A program made the position numbers and the translations under genes. Shown here piece after piece: positions 22,710-35,313 of a DNA stretch of 64,000 nt (positions are counted from its first letter, which is position 1; every line of letters begins with the position of its first letter). The notes beneath the pieces are model-generated. The model was not told the origin of the DNA. It was given only the letters and a program-made list of their open reading frames with translations, and ran no database searches. Source of the stretch: Chiloscyllium plagiosum (taxonomy: Eukaryota); NCBI RefSeq assembly GCF_004010195.1, contig NC_057711.1, forward strand, positions 77,198,795-77,262,794. Direction: 5' to 3'.

Positions 22710-24559
22710 AATAGCATGGACACCCACGTGGATTAAAAATTAGGATATGTAAGAGGGTAGAACTAGCAAAGAGCCAGTTTGGAGGGCTGTGAAGCTGGAT
22801 ACATAGAAAACCACACAAAATACATGGTTGTTGTGAGTAAATGAGAAAACTGGGAAGGCAGTTCAAATGGTCCTTGTTTGCAGAGTTTGCTGAGATGGTT
22901 CTTTTGAAGATTAGAATGCTGTTTTGCAATCTTCTTTCACCTTTGCTTGCTTGGAAGCACAAGTTCACACTTATAAAGGCATATTAAGATGTCTTAATTA
23001 AAGTCATAGCTTACAGCAACTAATGAGGAAAAATAATCTGCCTGTCTCCAAACTGGAGATTTTTTTTATTGCACAATAGAAACAGCTCCTTCCTTTCAGA
23101 GGACAAATGGCTTCTCCCCTGAACTTTCACACTCCTAAGCTACCTGAGAGACAAAGTTGCTGGCAGACAGGAAGTTTTTGTCATCGGTAAATGATCACTG
23201 TTTAATTAGCTACTTGTTGCCAGCCAAATTCCCATTTATACAGAACCCTCTGATTCCTGTAACTAAACATTCCTCAGGACCATTTGAACATACAACAACA
23301 TAAACAGCACTTGAGTGTCAGATAACTTCAACAATCCTTGATTTTTAAACCAGTCATTTTCGTCATTTCAATTTACCATTAAAAATTGAAATAAATGAAA
23401 AAGATACATCTTTATCTTGAACAGGAACTTGCAGGTGGTGTTTTTTCCCTCTCCCACAAATCTGTTGCTATCCTTCTTGTAGACTGCATTTGTCATGGGT
23501 TTAAGTTTGTAAATGTATGTCAGTCATTTCTTTAAAAAAGTTCTGCTGTGAACATATGCCTTTTTTAACCAATTTAAATACTGTGGTAACTAGGAAATTT
23601 CTGGGTCTGACATTGTTTTAGGTTTAGCAGAGACTTGAACATAACTGAACAGCAAATTTATATGTATTGTTTTAAGTGTCTCTCTACCTTTATGCAAGAT
23701 TGGAATGTTGCAAGGCAATCAATAACTAAGTTTAATATCTTGTTTGGGAAATGCTAATGGAGTTCCTCAGAGATAGCAGACTGTAATGATAAATTTGTCT
23801 TTAAGAGCTCCACAGACATGAAGAATAAAAATTTCTAAGCTGCGAATTAAAAATCCAGGACTCAATAAGAAGAAAAGACAAATCACTTTTCCAAAATTAA
23901 TACATTTTGGACACAATTGCATATTGAATTAAATCATAAGGAAAGATCAATGAAGTTTGAAATACACAGTTCCAAAAACAAAATCAGCACTAAAAGCAAT
24001 AGCTGCATCTTGAAAATGTAATGAAATTTGTCCCAAGATTAAATACCGATGTCAAAACTGCTAAGTAATCAAAAGGACAATTCCACATTTTCAAATAACT
24101 TGCAAATCTAGAAAAAGCTTTCAAGATAAAGCAATTAATCAAATTTCTCCCACTACCAATGTTGAATAATTTAGGCAAATGAATAGGAACCACATGACAA
24201 GTTGAAGTACCACATTGAGTTAAGGTGTGTGGAACAACACGGTATAAAATCATGGTCCCATGCATGGAGAAAAGGAAATGAGTGTCGTTAAAGCTATTGG
24301 AAGGAGGGATGGATCAGCTTGGGATGTTTGTTTGTTTCCAGCATTGCTAAACATTGGTACATTGCAGTGTTGTTGCTTATACCAATACTATAAATCAGGT
24401 GGTTGTCAGTGTACAGTCCCAAATTCTCCAGATCACCTCAAGAATAAAGCCATGATAGTCAAAATGCAGTGCTGATGATTCTTAAAGCTTATGCACTCAT
24501 CATACACTCAGGTCAAAATGAGAAATCGGGTTTTGAGTGCCTAAATAACATGCAATTCA

Positions 24560-24650
24560 AGATGAAGGGCTTGTGCTCAAAAAGTCAATTCTCCTGCTCC
24601 TCGGATGCTGCCTGACCAGCTGTGTTTTTCCTGCACCACACGCTTCAACT
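24560..24650 (+). mobile_element. Penelope-terminus fragment with decayed hammerhead
   Basis: gatgaagggcttgtgctcaaaaagtcaattctcctgctcctcggatgctgcctgacc. Confidence 0.7.
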
Positions 24651-24769
24651 CAAATTCAATTTCAGAGCTTTACTCCAGTTACTATCCATTTTGTAGAAAG
24701 AATATGGAAAGACAATATAAATAAGACCACAATACATAAGAAGAAAATTGGCCATTCAGTCCATCATAT

Positions 24770-27170
24770 ATACTCTGTCATTCAATGAGATCCTGGTTTA
24801 TCTGATAATGCTCAAGCTGTACATTTTTGCTTTGTCCCCATGGTCCTCAATTCCATTACTGATTAAAAATCTATCTTAGCCTTGAATATACTAACTGCCA
24901 TCTGTAGCAAAGAATTCCATAGATCCACTACCCTCAAGAAATTTCTCATCATCCACATCTTAATTGGATGACCCTATATTCTAAGGTTATGCCCTCTGGC
25001 CTTAGACTTTCCCACAAGGAGAAACAACTTTGCCACATTACTCTGTCAGGTCCCTAAGATTCTTGTGTGTCTCCATAAGGCCATCTCTCATTCTTCTCTG
25101 TGCTAAGTACAGGTATAATCTATTCAACTTTCCCTCATATGACAGTTCCGCCATATCTGATGGCAGTCCAGAGAACATTCACTAGACTATCTCTGATGGC
25201 AGAACATCTTTCCTTAGATAAAGGGCCAAAACTGTTCATATTATTTCAGCTGTGGTTTGGTTGTGAATTGTTTAGTTTTATCAAAAACTTTCAACTTTTA
25301 CACTCCACTCTTTTGAAATACAAGCCAACATTCCATTTGCCTTCCTTATTACCTGCAGAACCTGGATGCTAACGTTTTGGGACTCATGGACGAATTTCCC
25401 AAAATGCCTCCATTCCAAAATTACTGCATTATTTTTCTCCATTTAAGGAATATCATCTTCTCTATTCTTCACAATTTCCCACAATATATCCCATCTGCCC
25501 ACTCGCATAACCTGGTTATATCCCACTGCAGATTGCGTCATCCTTTCCACTTACCTTCCGACCTATTTTTGTGTCATCTGCAAGCTTGGCTATCGTGCAT
25601 TCACTTATCTCATCCAGCTCATTTATAGATATTGTAAATAGTGGTGGCCCCAGCACTAATCTTTGTGGCATATCACTAGTTACAGGTTGTCATCCTGAAA
25701 ATATCACATTAAACTCTGTCTTTTATCAGATGAAGACTCCTCTAAACAATGCTAGAAAAGAATAGAAATTTATCTATTTATGAAAATACAGTGAGATGTG
25801 TATAAGACCACAATTCGGTGCTATTTTAATTACAGAAATTATTAAAAAGAAATAATTGAGACATAGTTAGGACGAAGTTGGTCTCTTGTTCCTTCTACAA
25901 CTCCTGGTTTTTTGGAATGGCTGTGGGATGCTACCACCAAAGCTGCCCCTGAGGACACTAACACAAGGATTTCTGGACCTGACCTACCACAATGCCACCA
26001 CTAAAGCCACTGCATCACTGCCATAGCAAGGAGGGACAGACTGGACCCACCAAGTCATCAACACTGAAGCAGTCGCTCAAATAGTCACCACCCACATCCA
26101 CCACTTGTTGCTGCCATAACCATGAAGAACAAAACAAAAGCACCATGTTGCCACAACTGAGACTACTGTACCATCACCAGGAGGAACGGACCAGACCCAC
26201 CAACAATGAAACCTTCAAAAATGCCACAGACATTATAGCCATGAGGAATGGACAGCCAGATCCATCAAGCTGTCGCTGCTGCAGCAGGCCCTCACAAATG
26301 ACTTCCTCCACTGCAGCCACAGAAAAGAAAGTGTGAATTTTGACACAAAAGAGAAATTAAGAAACAAAACAAAAAAACAAATGTAGCAGGTGAGATGGAG
26401 CATATGGCCACAGAGCCTGAATACTTTCCTACCGTGCCACCAATTACCTTCAATGCCATATCTTAAGTAGCATCCTAACATGTGGTACCTTATCAAACAC
26501 CTTCTGTATCCAAATGTATTACATCCACTACTTCATCCCTCCTCAAAGAACTCTGGCGGGTTTGCCTGGCGTGATTTCCCCTTCATAAAGCCATGCCGAC
26601 TCTGCTTGATCATAGGATGCATTTCTAAATACTGTGCTATTACATCCTTTGTAATAGACTAACGTTTTTGCAACAACAAACATTAAACTAATTGGCCTAT
26701 AGTCACCCTTTTTTTACTAAAGGTGTTTCTTGGCAGTTCTTCAAAGCTCTGGGGTTTGCAGAATCTAAGTATTCTTCAGAATTACCAATGCATCCATTGT
26801 TTCTGTAGCTACTTATTTTAATGTCTGAGGAAGGATCCCATCACATCCAGGGGTCATATTAAATCTTTAGCCGTTAGTTTCCCTCCCACTTTTATTCTAC
26901 TAATAACCAATTGTATTTATTTCCTCTCCTTTTTTTTCCTTTGAATATGCAGTAATTTGTGAATGTTATTAGTGTCTCCTACTGTGAAGATTGATGCAAA
27001 GTATTTATTCAACTTCTCGGTCATTTCCTGGTTCCTCATTATTATTTCCCCAGCCTCATTCAAGCCCATCATGTCTGCACCACCTCTTTGAAGAGCAATT
27101 CACCTTTCTCCTTTTATATTAATTTGAAGAAGCTTTTGTTGTCTGTCATAACATTACTTGCAAGGTTACC
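24770..27170 (-). mobile_element. Old CR1 LINE fragment split by the 25770-26465 element
   Basis: gtgtcatctgcaagcttgg (KLADDT), ccccagcactaatctttgtggc (PQ.LVLG), cttcataaagccatg (HGFMK) on the minus strand. Confidence 0.8.
25770..26465 (-). mobile_element. Non-autonomous LINE-derived element (family of 17145-17823)
   Basis: + strand aaaatacagtga at the left, gccacc/ccact-rich core, A-rich tract, and aatgccatatctt at the right. Confidence 0.55.
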
Positions 27171-27289
27171 CTCAGTTTATTTTCTTCCTTTTTTCTGATC
27201 ATCTGTTGCTGACTTTTGGAAAAAAAACTTTTCCCACATTGCTACATTGTATATATTTTTCTCTTTCAACCTGATGCTGCCTAACTTAA

Positions 27290-27595
27290 ATAAAGCGAAG
27301 AACTGTGGATGCTGGAAATCTGAAACAAAAAAAAACAAATAGCTGGAGGAACTCAGCAGGTTTTTCAGCATCTGTGGAGAGAAAGCAGAGTTAATATTTC
27401 AAGTCCAATGATGCTTTCCTGAAGAAGGGATAATATAGACAGCATAAGGTTTGAAAATGGCATGGAATTCCTGATGAAGGGTTTATGCCCGAAATGTCAA
27501 TTCTCCTGCTCCTTGGATACTGCCTGATCTGCTGTGTTTTTGCAGAGCCACATTTTTCAACTGACTCTCCATCATCTGCAGTCCTCACTTTCTTA
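27290..27595. mobile_element. Two Penelope-terminus fragments, one with a hammerhead core
   Basis: Minus-type terminus at 27290-27425. Plus-type at 27465-27592: gaattc-CTGATGA-A-GGGT-TTAT-GCCC-GAAATGTC-aattc ... catctgcagtcctcactttct. Confidence 0.8.
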
Positions 27596-27599
27596 TAAT

Positions 27600-28290
27600 T
27601 GAAATAGGTACAGGAGAGGATGGACGTGCATGTATAAGTAATAACTTGTTGAAAGTGGCAGGAGAGGTCAGAAGAGTGGTTCATAAAGCATTCAATATCC
27701 TAGGTTTTATTAATTAAGGGCACATGTAAGTAGATTAGGTTGAATATGTATAAACCACTAGTTCAGTCTCAACTGGAGTATTGTGTCTCATTCTGGATGC
27801 TATACTTCAGCAAAGATATGAAGACATTAGCAAGAAAGAAGAAAAGATTCACAGAAATGTTTTCACCATGAGATACTTCAGTTATTTAAGATAGAATAGA
27901 AAAGTTAGGACTGTTTTCCTTGGAGAAGGGAAGACAGAGTTGATAGAAATATTTAAAATCATGAGGAGTCGTGACAGTAGATACAGGACAAAGAACCCTG
28001 TATTCAATAATATTCAAAACAAGAGGGCACAAATGGTGAAATGAGGAAAAACTTTGCTTCACACAGTAAGTGGTTAGGATCTGGAAAGCACTTCCAGGGA
28101 GTATGAACAGAGCCGTATTCAATAGAAGTATTCAAAAGTGAATTAGACAGTTATGTGGAAAGGAAGAATATGCCAGGTTGCAAAAGGAGACAAACAAATA
28201 GGATTAGGTGAATTGCTCTTCAAAGAGGTGGTGCAGACATGACGGGCTGAATCGCTTCCGCCTCTTTTACAATATTTCTGTGATTCTGAG
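27600..28290 (+). mobile_element. Old CR1 LINE 3' fragment
   Basis: ctagttcagtctcaactggagtattgtgtctcattctgg (LVQSQLEYCVSFW); atagaaatatttaaaatcatgagg. Confidence 0.8.
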
Positions 28291-29884
28291 AGATGCCACT
28301 GAACCGAAATCATATTATCAGACTCATTAAGTGCCTTTCTCTCCCCAGTAGTGAATGTGGAGAGACAAAGATGAATACAGATAATTCTGAGAGTTATTTA
28401 GTGAAGGACACTGAGGAAGATGATATTTGATATTACAGGCAATTGATTTATCAAAAGCTAAATAACCAATTATGATTGAAACCCTAATTAAATAATAATG
28501 AGGAAGACAACTGACAAATAACTCGTTGTACATGAATTATGTATGCAAAAATGTATCCCTAAACCAGTCACATCTTAGTCCATTATTATCATCACACCAA
28601 TAATACCGGTCAATTGCCGACCCATAACAGGTTACTGAGGGACCTGTGAAACTTCATACCAATCGTGCATAATGCTCACTTCATTTTAAAAAAAAGCTTA
28701 TCATACATCAAAATCTGTTAAGTTCCAGGAAGCAAAGCCCAATAAAATAAAACAATGATTCAGCTGAATGCTCCATAACCTGGGAAGCATGCCAATGCAC
28801 TATGCTTACTTCTATAATTGAGCTACTTCCTAAGTAAACTGCTGGAAACCGCAGAGGATGGTGATCATTAATTATTTAAAAAAGACTTGGGCTTCTGCAA
28901 TTTCTTGCATAAGCCAGTTCACTTCCTACTTCAGTGTTGACTATGGGAACTGAGTATGGTGGTGAAGAGTAGATATGGATGCATGGTTATTTTCAGTTCT
29001 GCAAAGAATTCTCTAATAGAGGTGACAATTGGTGTACAAGGTATTGGTTCTGAAAGGGTTAATGGACATGCTACATTAAATCCACTTATTCTACTTACGT
29101 CAGCCAGAAAAGCCAGCTTTATTTCGAGAGTAGAGACTTTAACAAAAGCAGGCTTCGTAAGAATGCTGCAGGAGTTAAAGTTTGAGGTCCCAAAGGGAAA
29201 AGAGAAAACATTTCTGAAAAGTAACATGTAAAATGGAAGAGAAGACAAAGTACTATAGAAAAGTTCTGAATATTCACATCAACATTGCCATCATTAACAT
29301 TAAGGTCCATGAGGTACATCCAAAAGGGACAATAAAGGGGCTGGAAAATAAATTTAGATTAAGGCTACAGAGTCAAAAAGGCCTCAAATTACTTAAGATG
29401 AGAACAAGAAAATTTACAGCAATCTAATGAAAAAGAATTCAGCAGGACAAGAACAGAGGAAAAAAAATGTTTTAAAAGGACTGGGACTCTAAGTGAGCTC
29501 CATAATTTTGACAAGATAAATGCCACAGTAAAATTACTTGTCCGAAAAATAAATTAAAGGAGCAGGTTTAAACTATAAAAAAGGGGGAAATATCCATTTT
29601 ATCCAGGAAAATAAAAGCAGGAAACTCCATTTTGGCTGCACATTTGTAGAACTGTATGTTGTCGACTCCAACTCCACTCAAATGGAGACAACCTGACTGC
29701 AAAATCGCACCAAGAACTATTTGCAGGAGGATAAATGGGGGCCATTGGCTGTGTCTATAACAAAGCATCAGAACAATCACCTGTGTAATTAAACAGTGGA
29801 AGCTAAACAAATTTGATATAATTTGAACAATGGGACTCTAGATACAAAAGGAGTATGCCCAGAAAATCTCAATGTAAGCTATAA

Positions 29885-29975
29885 TGTGGAGGAGCCGGTG
29901 TTGGACTAGGGTGGACAAAGTTAAAAATTACATAACACCAAATTATAGTCCAACAGGTTTATTTGGAAGCTAGGT
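29885..29975 (-). mobile_element. Penelope terminal fragment of the family at 56705-58530
   Basis: aacaccaaattatagtccaacaggtttatttggaagc matches about 56712-56750. Confidence 0.7.
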
Positions 29976-31094
29976 GACTGGATTCATTAACCATGACTGT
30001 AACCATGGTCAGTTGCAGAGAGAAGTTATGTGACAATCTAACTACACTCATGAGTTATAGGCAGCTTTTAATCCTGCAGACCAGCAACAAGCAACTGTGA
30101 AGGCAGTTGAAGATCTTGAGTAGGTTGTTTCTCTCAATCTCTGGGCAACCAGCAAGTTTCAAATTCTGTTTGTTAACTTTGACTTTCCAAGTGCCATAGA
30201 TGAAGGCTTTAAAAAAAACACAATCCAGCAGTCAATCTTAGAGGAATGCATAATTGTCCAGTTACACATTTAAATCACCTCAATACCAAAGTCAAAATGC
30301 AAACGCTTACATATCTTTATTTAGTTGGAATATAAAAATCACTTGTTCTCTCCTCCTATCCAATCTATGTGTGTGAAGGTAAAACTCAAGTGTGTGTGTC
30401 AAAACTAGACTAAGTATAAGTAAAACAAAAAAGCATAAGAACAATCCCCTTTCCCTTTAAAAAGATTGGGGAGGCACTCGTGGCAGTAGTAGCATCCCTA
30501 CCTTTGGATCCGGAGGCCCAAGTTCAAGTCCCACAGGATGATCAGAAAAATAGATAAATTTTAAAAATGAAAAGAAAAACACACTGGCCTTCTTGTGGTG
30601 AAGTTGTAGTGTCCCTTAGCTTAAATAATAAAAAAAATTTGATCAGATTTTCCAAGGATTGGCAATCTCACAGATTGTCACTTGTGCTCTTTTCCTCAAA
30701 TCCAGTGTACTTCTGAGAGGAGATTCTGATGAGGACTTAAGAATTGTGAAGCTGCACTTCCACTTTGAAAAATCTTTTTGTAGTACAAAACTGTCAGAGG
30801 AAGGCAAACTACGCCCATCTTTACAGCGGTTAGCTGTGAATTCTGAAATTTAAAGGTTTTGACAACCACTTTGACAGCTACTCTCAAACGATAAGTACAT
30901 AAGTTAAGTGTGACTCTAGGGAGCCAGGCGAAGAGAATACCAGATTAGCAGAGAGTAATGGGCCAGGTAAGTAGCATGCCAGCTGGGTAGGATGCTAAGT
31001 GGGAAAATGATAGGGTACCAAGTGGGAAGGGTGCAGATAAATGCAAGGTCAGGGAAGTGATGTAGTCTTTCTGGTAGGTCAAGGTGGGTGGGGA

Positions 31095-31222
31095 AAAAAG
31101 AAAGGGGGGGGGGGGAGAGAGAGCACGAGCGTGAGAGAGGGCGCGAGAGAGAGAGAGCAAAATGGGACTGGCAGGAGGTTAGGTCAGGTATAATGGGACT
31201 GGCAGGAGGTTAGGTCAGGTAT
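31095..31222. repeat. G/GA-rich simple repeat plus 31-bp tandem duplication
   Basis: aatgggactggcaggaggttaggtcaggtat at 31161-31191 and 31192-31222. Confidence 0.85.
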
Positions 31223-32834
31223 ACTGGTGGGGGTGATGCTGGAGATTATTCAGTTTTGCTGGTACAGTGGAAGGGTGAGAGGTGGTCAAGGTCAGCAGCA
31301 GGTTAGTGGCTTTGGTTCAGTTCTAGTGAGGGAAGGGTGGGTTGAACCCTGCAAGGCGTGGGTCGTTTCAGAGGCTGGTTGGGGAAGTGGTGCATTGAGT
31401 GTAATGCACAACTAGGGGAAGACGACAGTATGTCAGGCAGTGGGGAAACAGAAGTAGAGTTAGGTTCAGCAGCAGGAGATTTAATAGTGGGCGTGAGAGG
31501 GCGGCCAGATGCAGGGTGGTGCATGTGTTGGACCCAAGTGAGGTCTCGGGTCAGGGTCCAGGCAAGCAAGGGGTGTATGAATCAAGCATGAGTCTGTTGA
31601 TTAATTAATTAGGAAGTTAAATGTGCCTTTAAACATCTAATGTCTCCTTCGTAACTACTTTAGTACATTTACCACAACTCACCGGATTCTCTGATTTAAA
31701 TGAAGACTTAGACTCTATTTGAGATGTGGAGGATTCTTCAATTTCCCAGGAAATTCCTTCAGTTCCTGCTATATTGGAGATTCTATAAGGTTCCCATGTG
31801 CAAGTCATATCCAACCTGGAATAAGGGCTCTCTGGTCATGAGAAAATCATCTTTTTTAAATATTATAGCATGCAAACAGACAAACAAACACTCACTAAAT
31901 GAGCAACTGCATCTTTTCAAAAAACTGGCTACAGCCAAACAAGCAATGCGAGAAGAGTGAAACCATTGGAACCCTCCTCACCTGATGATAACAACTATTT
32001 GAAGGGTTTAATGAATGTTTAATTTCCTTATAAATCTACCAGTCAGCCTCAGGTTATTTGCAATGGAGTTCAGGGAATTCATGCTTCAGTTCTGGGTACT
32101 CCACGACAACCCCACTTAGCCATCAGAATTGCCTCCAAACTATTCCCCTGCTGCTATGGCCTTTCGCCAATATAAATATTTTTCATCACCAGAAATACAA
32201 AATTTACAGAGGGATATTTCCTGTAACTTTTTTTTTTGATGTAGTGATAACATTCTTTGTCCTTTAACATTTTGCTTTGGAGTTGCAGTTTACTGAACAG
32301 ACTGCCAAATCTTATTTTTGGCATCCAACATTGATATAAACAATTCCATCTATGGTAGAGAACCAAATGCTGAGTAACTTGTACAAATTAGGAACAATTT
32401 TTTCATGCCATGGATTTGACCCTTGAAACTGGATAAGGGTTACCAAATAAAAAGACTCAAAGTCAGAAGAAAAAAATTATTTGTTGTCTAGATCAGCAAG
32501 AGGCTCAGATTTAAAAGGATCATATTAGAAATAACTATGCTAACGCAATAAAAACAATTTTAAAACAACTGCACTTACCTTCCATAAATGTTTATTTGCT
32601 ACATTTCAAGAATCACCAACAAAGATGCAAAACTGCCTCAGTTGTACTCACACATTGCACTTTGGAGTAATTGACTACACTGCCAAAGCTGGTTAACATG
32701 GAAAGCAAGTGCATCATTTGAACATTAGGAACTGAAGTCAAATCTAGGATTTCTGTGCCAGCTGAACTTCACTCTGTTCTATAAAAGACAGGACTAGAAG
32801 CAGTAGCAATGATCCATATGGGCGATGATTTTTG

Positions 32835-34500
32835 TTAATTACTTTCACATGGGCGTCACTGACTGGTCAACATTAATGACCTACTCAGAGTTGTCCTTGG
32901 GTGGTGGTGAGCTGCCTTCTTGAATTACTGCAGTCCACGTGCTGTACATAGACCCACGACACTGTTAGTAGGAAATTCCTGGATTTTGACGAAGGAACAG
33001 CTAAATATTTCCAAGTCAGGATGGTGAGTGACTTGGAGGGGAGCTTGCAGGTGTTGGTGTCCCCATGTGTCTGTTTCCCTTGTCATAGATTCATAACGTT
33101 GTACGGAAACAGACCCGTCGGTTCAACTTGTCTCTGCTGACTAGATATCTTAACCTTATCTAGTCCCATTTACCAACACTTGGACCATATCCCTCTAAAG
33201 CCTTCCTATTCGTATGTCCATTCAGATGCCCTTTAAATGTTGCAACTGTACCAGCCTACACCACTTCCTCTGGCAGCTCGTTCCCTATACATACCACCCT
33301 CTGCATGAAAAGTGTGCCTCTTGTCTACTCACCCTATCAATGCCCCTCATGATTTTATAAACCTCTATAAGGTCACCCCTCAGCCTCTGACACTCCAGGG
33401 AAAACAGCTCTAGCCTAGTCAGCCTCTCCCTATAGCTCAAATCTTCCAACCCTGGGAACATCCTTGTAAATCTTTTCTGAACATTTTCAAGTTTCACAAC
33501 ATCCTTCTGATAGGAAGGAGACCAGAACTGCGCACACAATATTCCGAAAGTGGCCTAAACAATGTCCTGTACAGCCGCAACATGACCTCCCAACTCCTAT
33601 ACTCAATCCTCTCACCAATAAAGGAAAGCATACCAAACGCCTTCTTCCTATCTATCTACCTTTGAGTCCATTTTCAAGGAACTATGAACCTGCACTCAAA
33701 GGTCTCTTTGTTCTGCAACACTCCCAAGACCTTACCATTATGTGTACAGGTCCTGTTCGGATTTGCCTCTGTCCTTCTAGATGGAAGTAGTGTTGTTTTT
33801 GAAAGGTGGTGTTGAAGGATCTTTGGTGAATTTCTGCAGTGCATCTTGTAAATAGTACACACTGCTGTACTGAGCATCGGCAAGAAGGAAGTGAATGCTT
33901 GAGGATGCAATGCCAATTAAGCCAGGCTGCTTTATCCTGGATGATGTCAAGCTTCAAGTGTTGTTTCAGCTACACTCATCCAGACAAGGGAAGTATTCTA
34001 TTACACTCCTGACATGCGCCTTGTAGATGGTGAACAAGCTTTTGGGAGTCAGTAGGTAAGTTACCTCCTGATAGCCCCTGTGTTTGTATGTGGGGCCCAT
34101 TTAGGTTTTTGGCCAATACTAAGTGGATAGTCAGGGATTCAGTGATAGTAACATCATTGAATGTCAAAAGGGCAGTGGTAAGATTGCCTCCAATAAGAGA
34201 CAAATCATTGCCTGGCATTTGCGTGGTGTGAATATTACTTGCCACTGTCAGTTCAAGCCTTGATTTGTCCTACGTTTATTGCATTTGAACGTGGACTGCT
34301 TCTGTATCGGAGTCACTGCGAATGGTGCTGAACATTGTGCAATCATTGGCGATCATCCCCACTTCTGACCATATGATGGAAGAAAGGACATTAATGAAGC
34401 AACTGAAGACTAGAACACTACCCTGAGGAGCTGCTACACAAATGTCTTAGAGCTGAGCTGACTGACCTCCAACAGCCACAACTACCTTCCTATGTGGCCT
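32835..34500 (-). mobile_element. L2-like LINE 3' part, split by a CR1 insertion
   Basis: gtggtggtgagctgccttcttgaa (tail, reverse) at about 32900. Resumes at about 33775 with cttctagatggaagtagtg...tgcagtgcatcttgta. Confidence 0.75.
33085..33755 (-). mobile_element. CR1 (HER1-like) 3' fragment
   Basis: ORF 33285-33539 CAQFWSPSYQKDVVKLENVQKRFTRMFPGL...RGDLIEVYKIMRG. Confidence 0.92.
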
Positions 34501-34559
34501 TCATGTCAACAGTTGTCACTTTCATCAGGAATTGGCAGGACAGCACCGTCAGGAGTGGA

Positions 34560-35230
34560 GTGGAGGTCAGAAATAAAGTAGGGGAAGGTGACACTGTTAG
34601 GAGCCCCCCACCAAATTAACAGTAGCTATATGGTTGGAAATAGAATAAATCAAGAGATAATGAGGGCAAGCACATTATCATAGGTGACTTCAATTTTCAT
34701 GCAGATTGGGACAGTAAGATTGGCAGAAGTAACCATGGAGAAGAATTCAGAGCACGTTTGGAATAGTACATTATGGATCCATCCAGGGGTCATTGGACCT
34801 AGCGATGTGCAAAAGGACAGGTTTAATAAATCATGTTAGAATAAAAGGTCCCTAGAAAATTGTGACCAAAACATGGTAGAAGCTAGCATTCAATTTAACA
34901 GGGAGGAACTTGGGTCAAAAACAGTTATGCTCAGCTTTAAAAAAAACATAATTACGAAGGAATAAGGACTAATCTATTTCGAGTGAACTGGAAAAGTAGT
35001 AGACATTTAAGAAAATAGTTCAGGGTTCACATGAAAATACTTTGGCCAATGATAAAGGATGACTCAAGGAAGAGAAAATGGCAATTATGGTTAACCAGGG
35101 AAGTTAAGCTGTGATCCCCAGCATTTGTTGTTTTCAGTACAGGTTCCAGCATCTGCAGTAATTGGTTCCTAAATTAAGGATAACATCAGATTGAAAGAAA
35201 ATCCTATAATGTGATAATGTTTTGTGGTAA
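34560..35230 (+). mobile_element. Decayed CR1 endonuclease region
   Basis: attatcataggtgacttcaattttc (IIIGDFNF); tgtgaccaaaacatggtagaa (compare SDHNMVEF). Confidence 0.65.
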
Positions 35231-35313
35231 ATCAGGTATTGGGAATGACATTCAAATGTAGCTGCCCCCAAACTATCACTCATTATTTATATGGGTCTAA
35301 AAGACAGTGGCAC

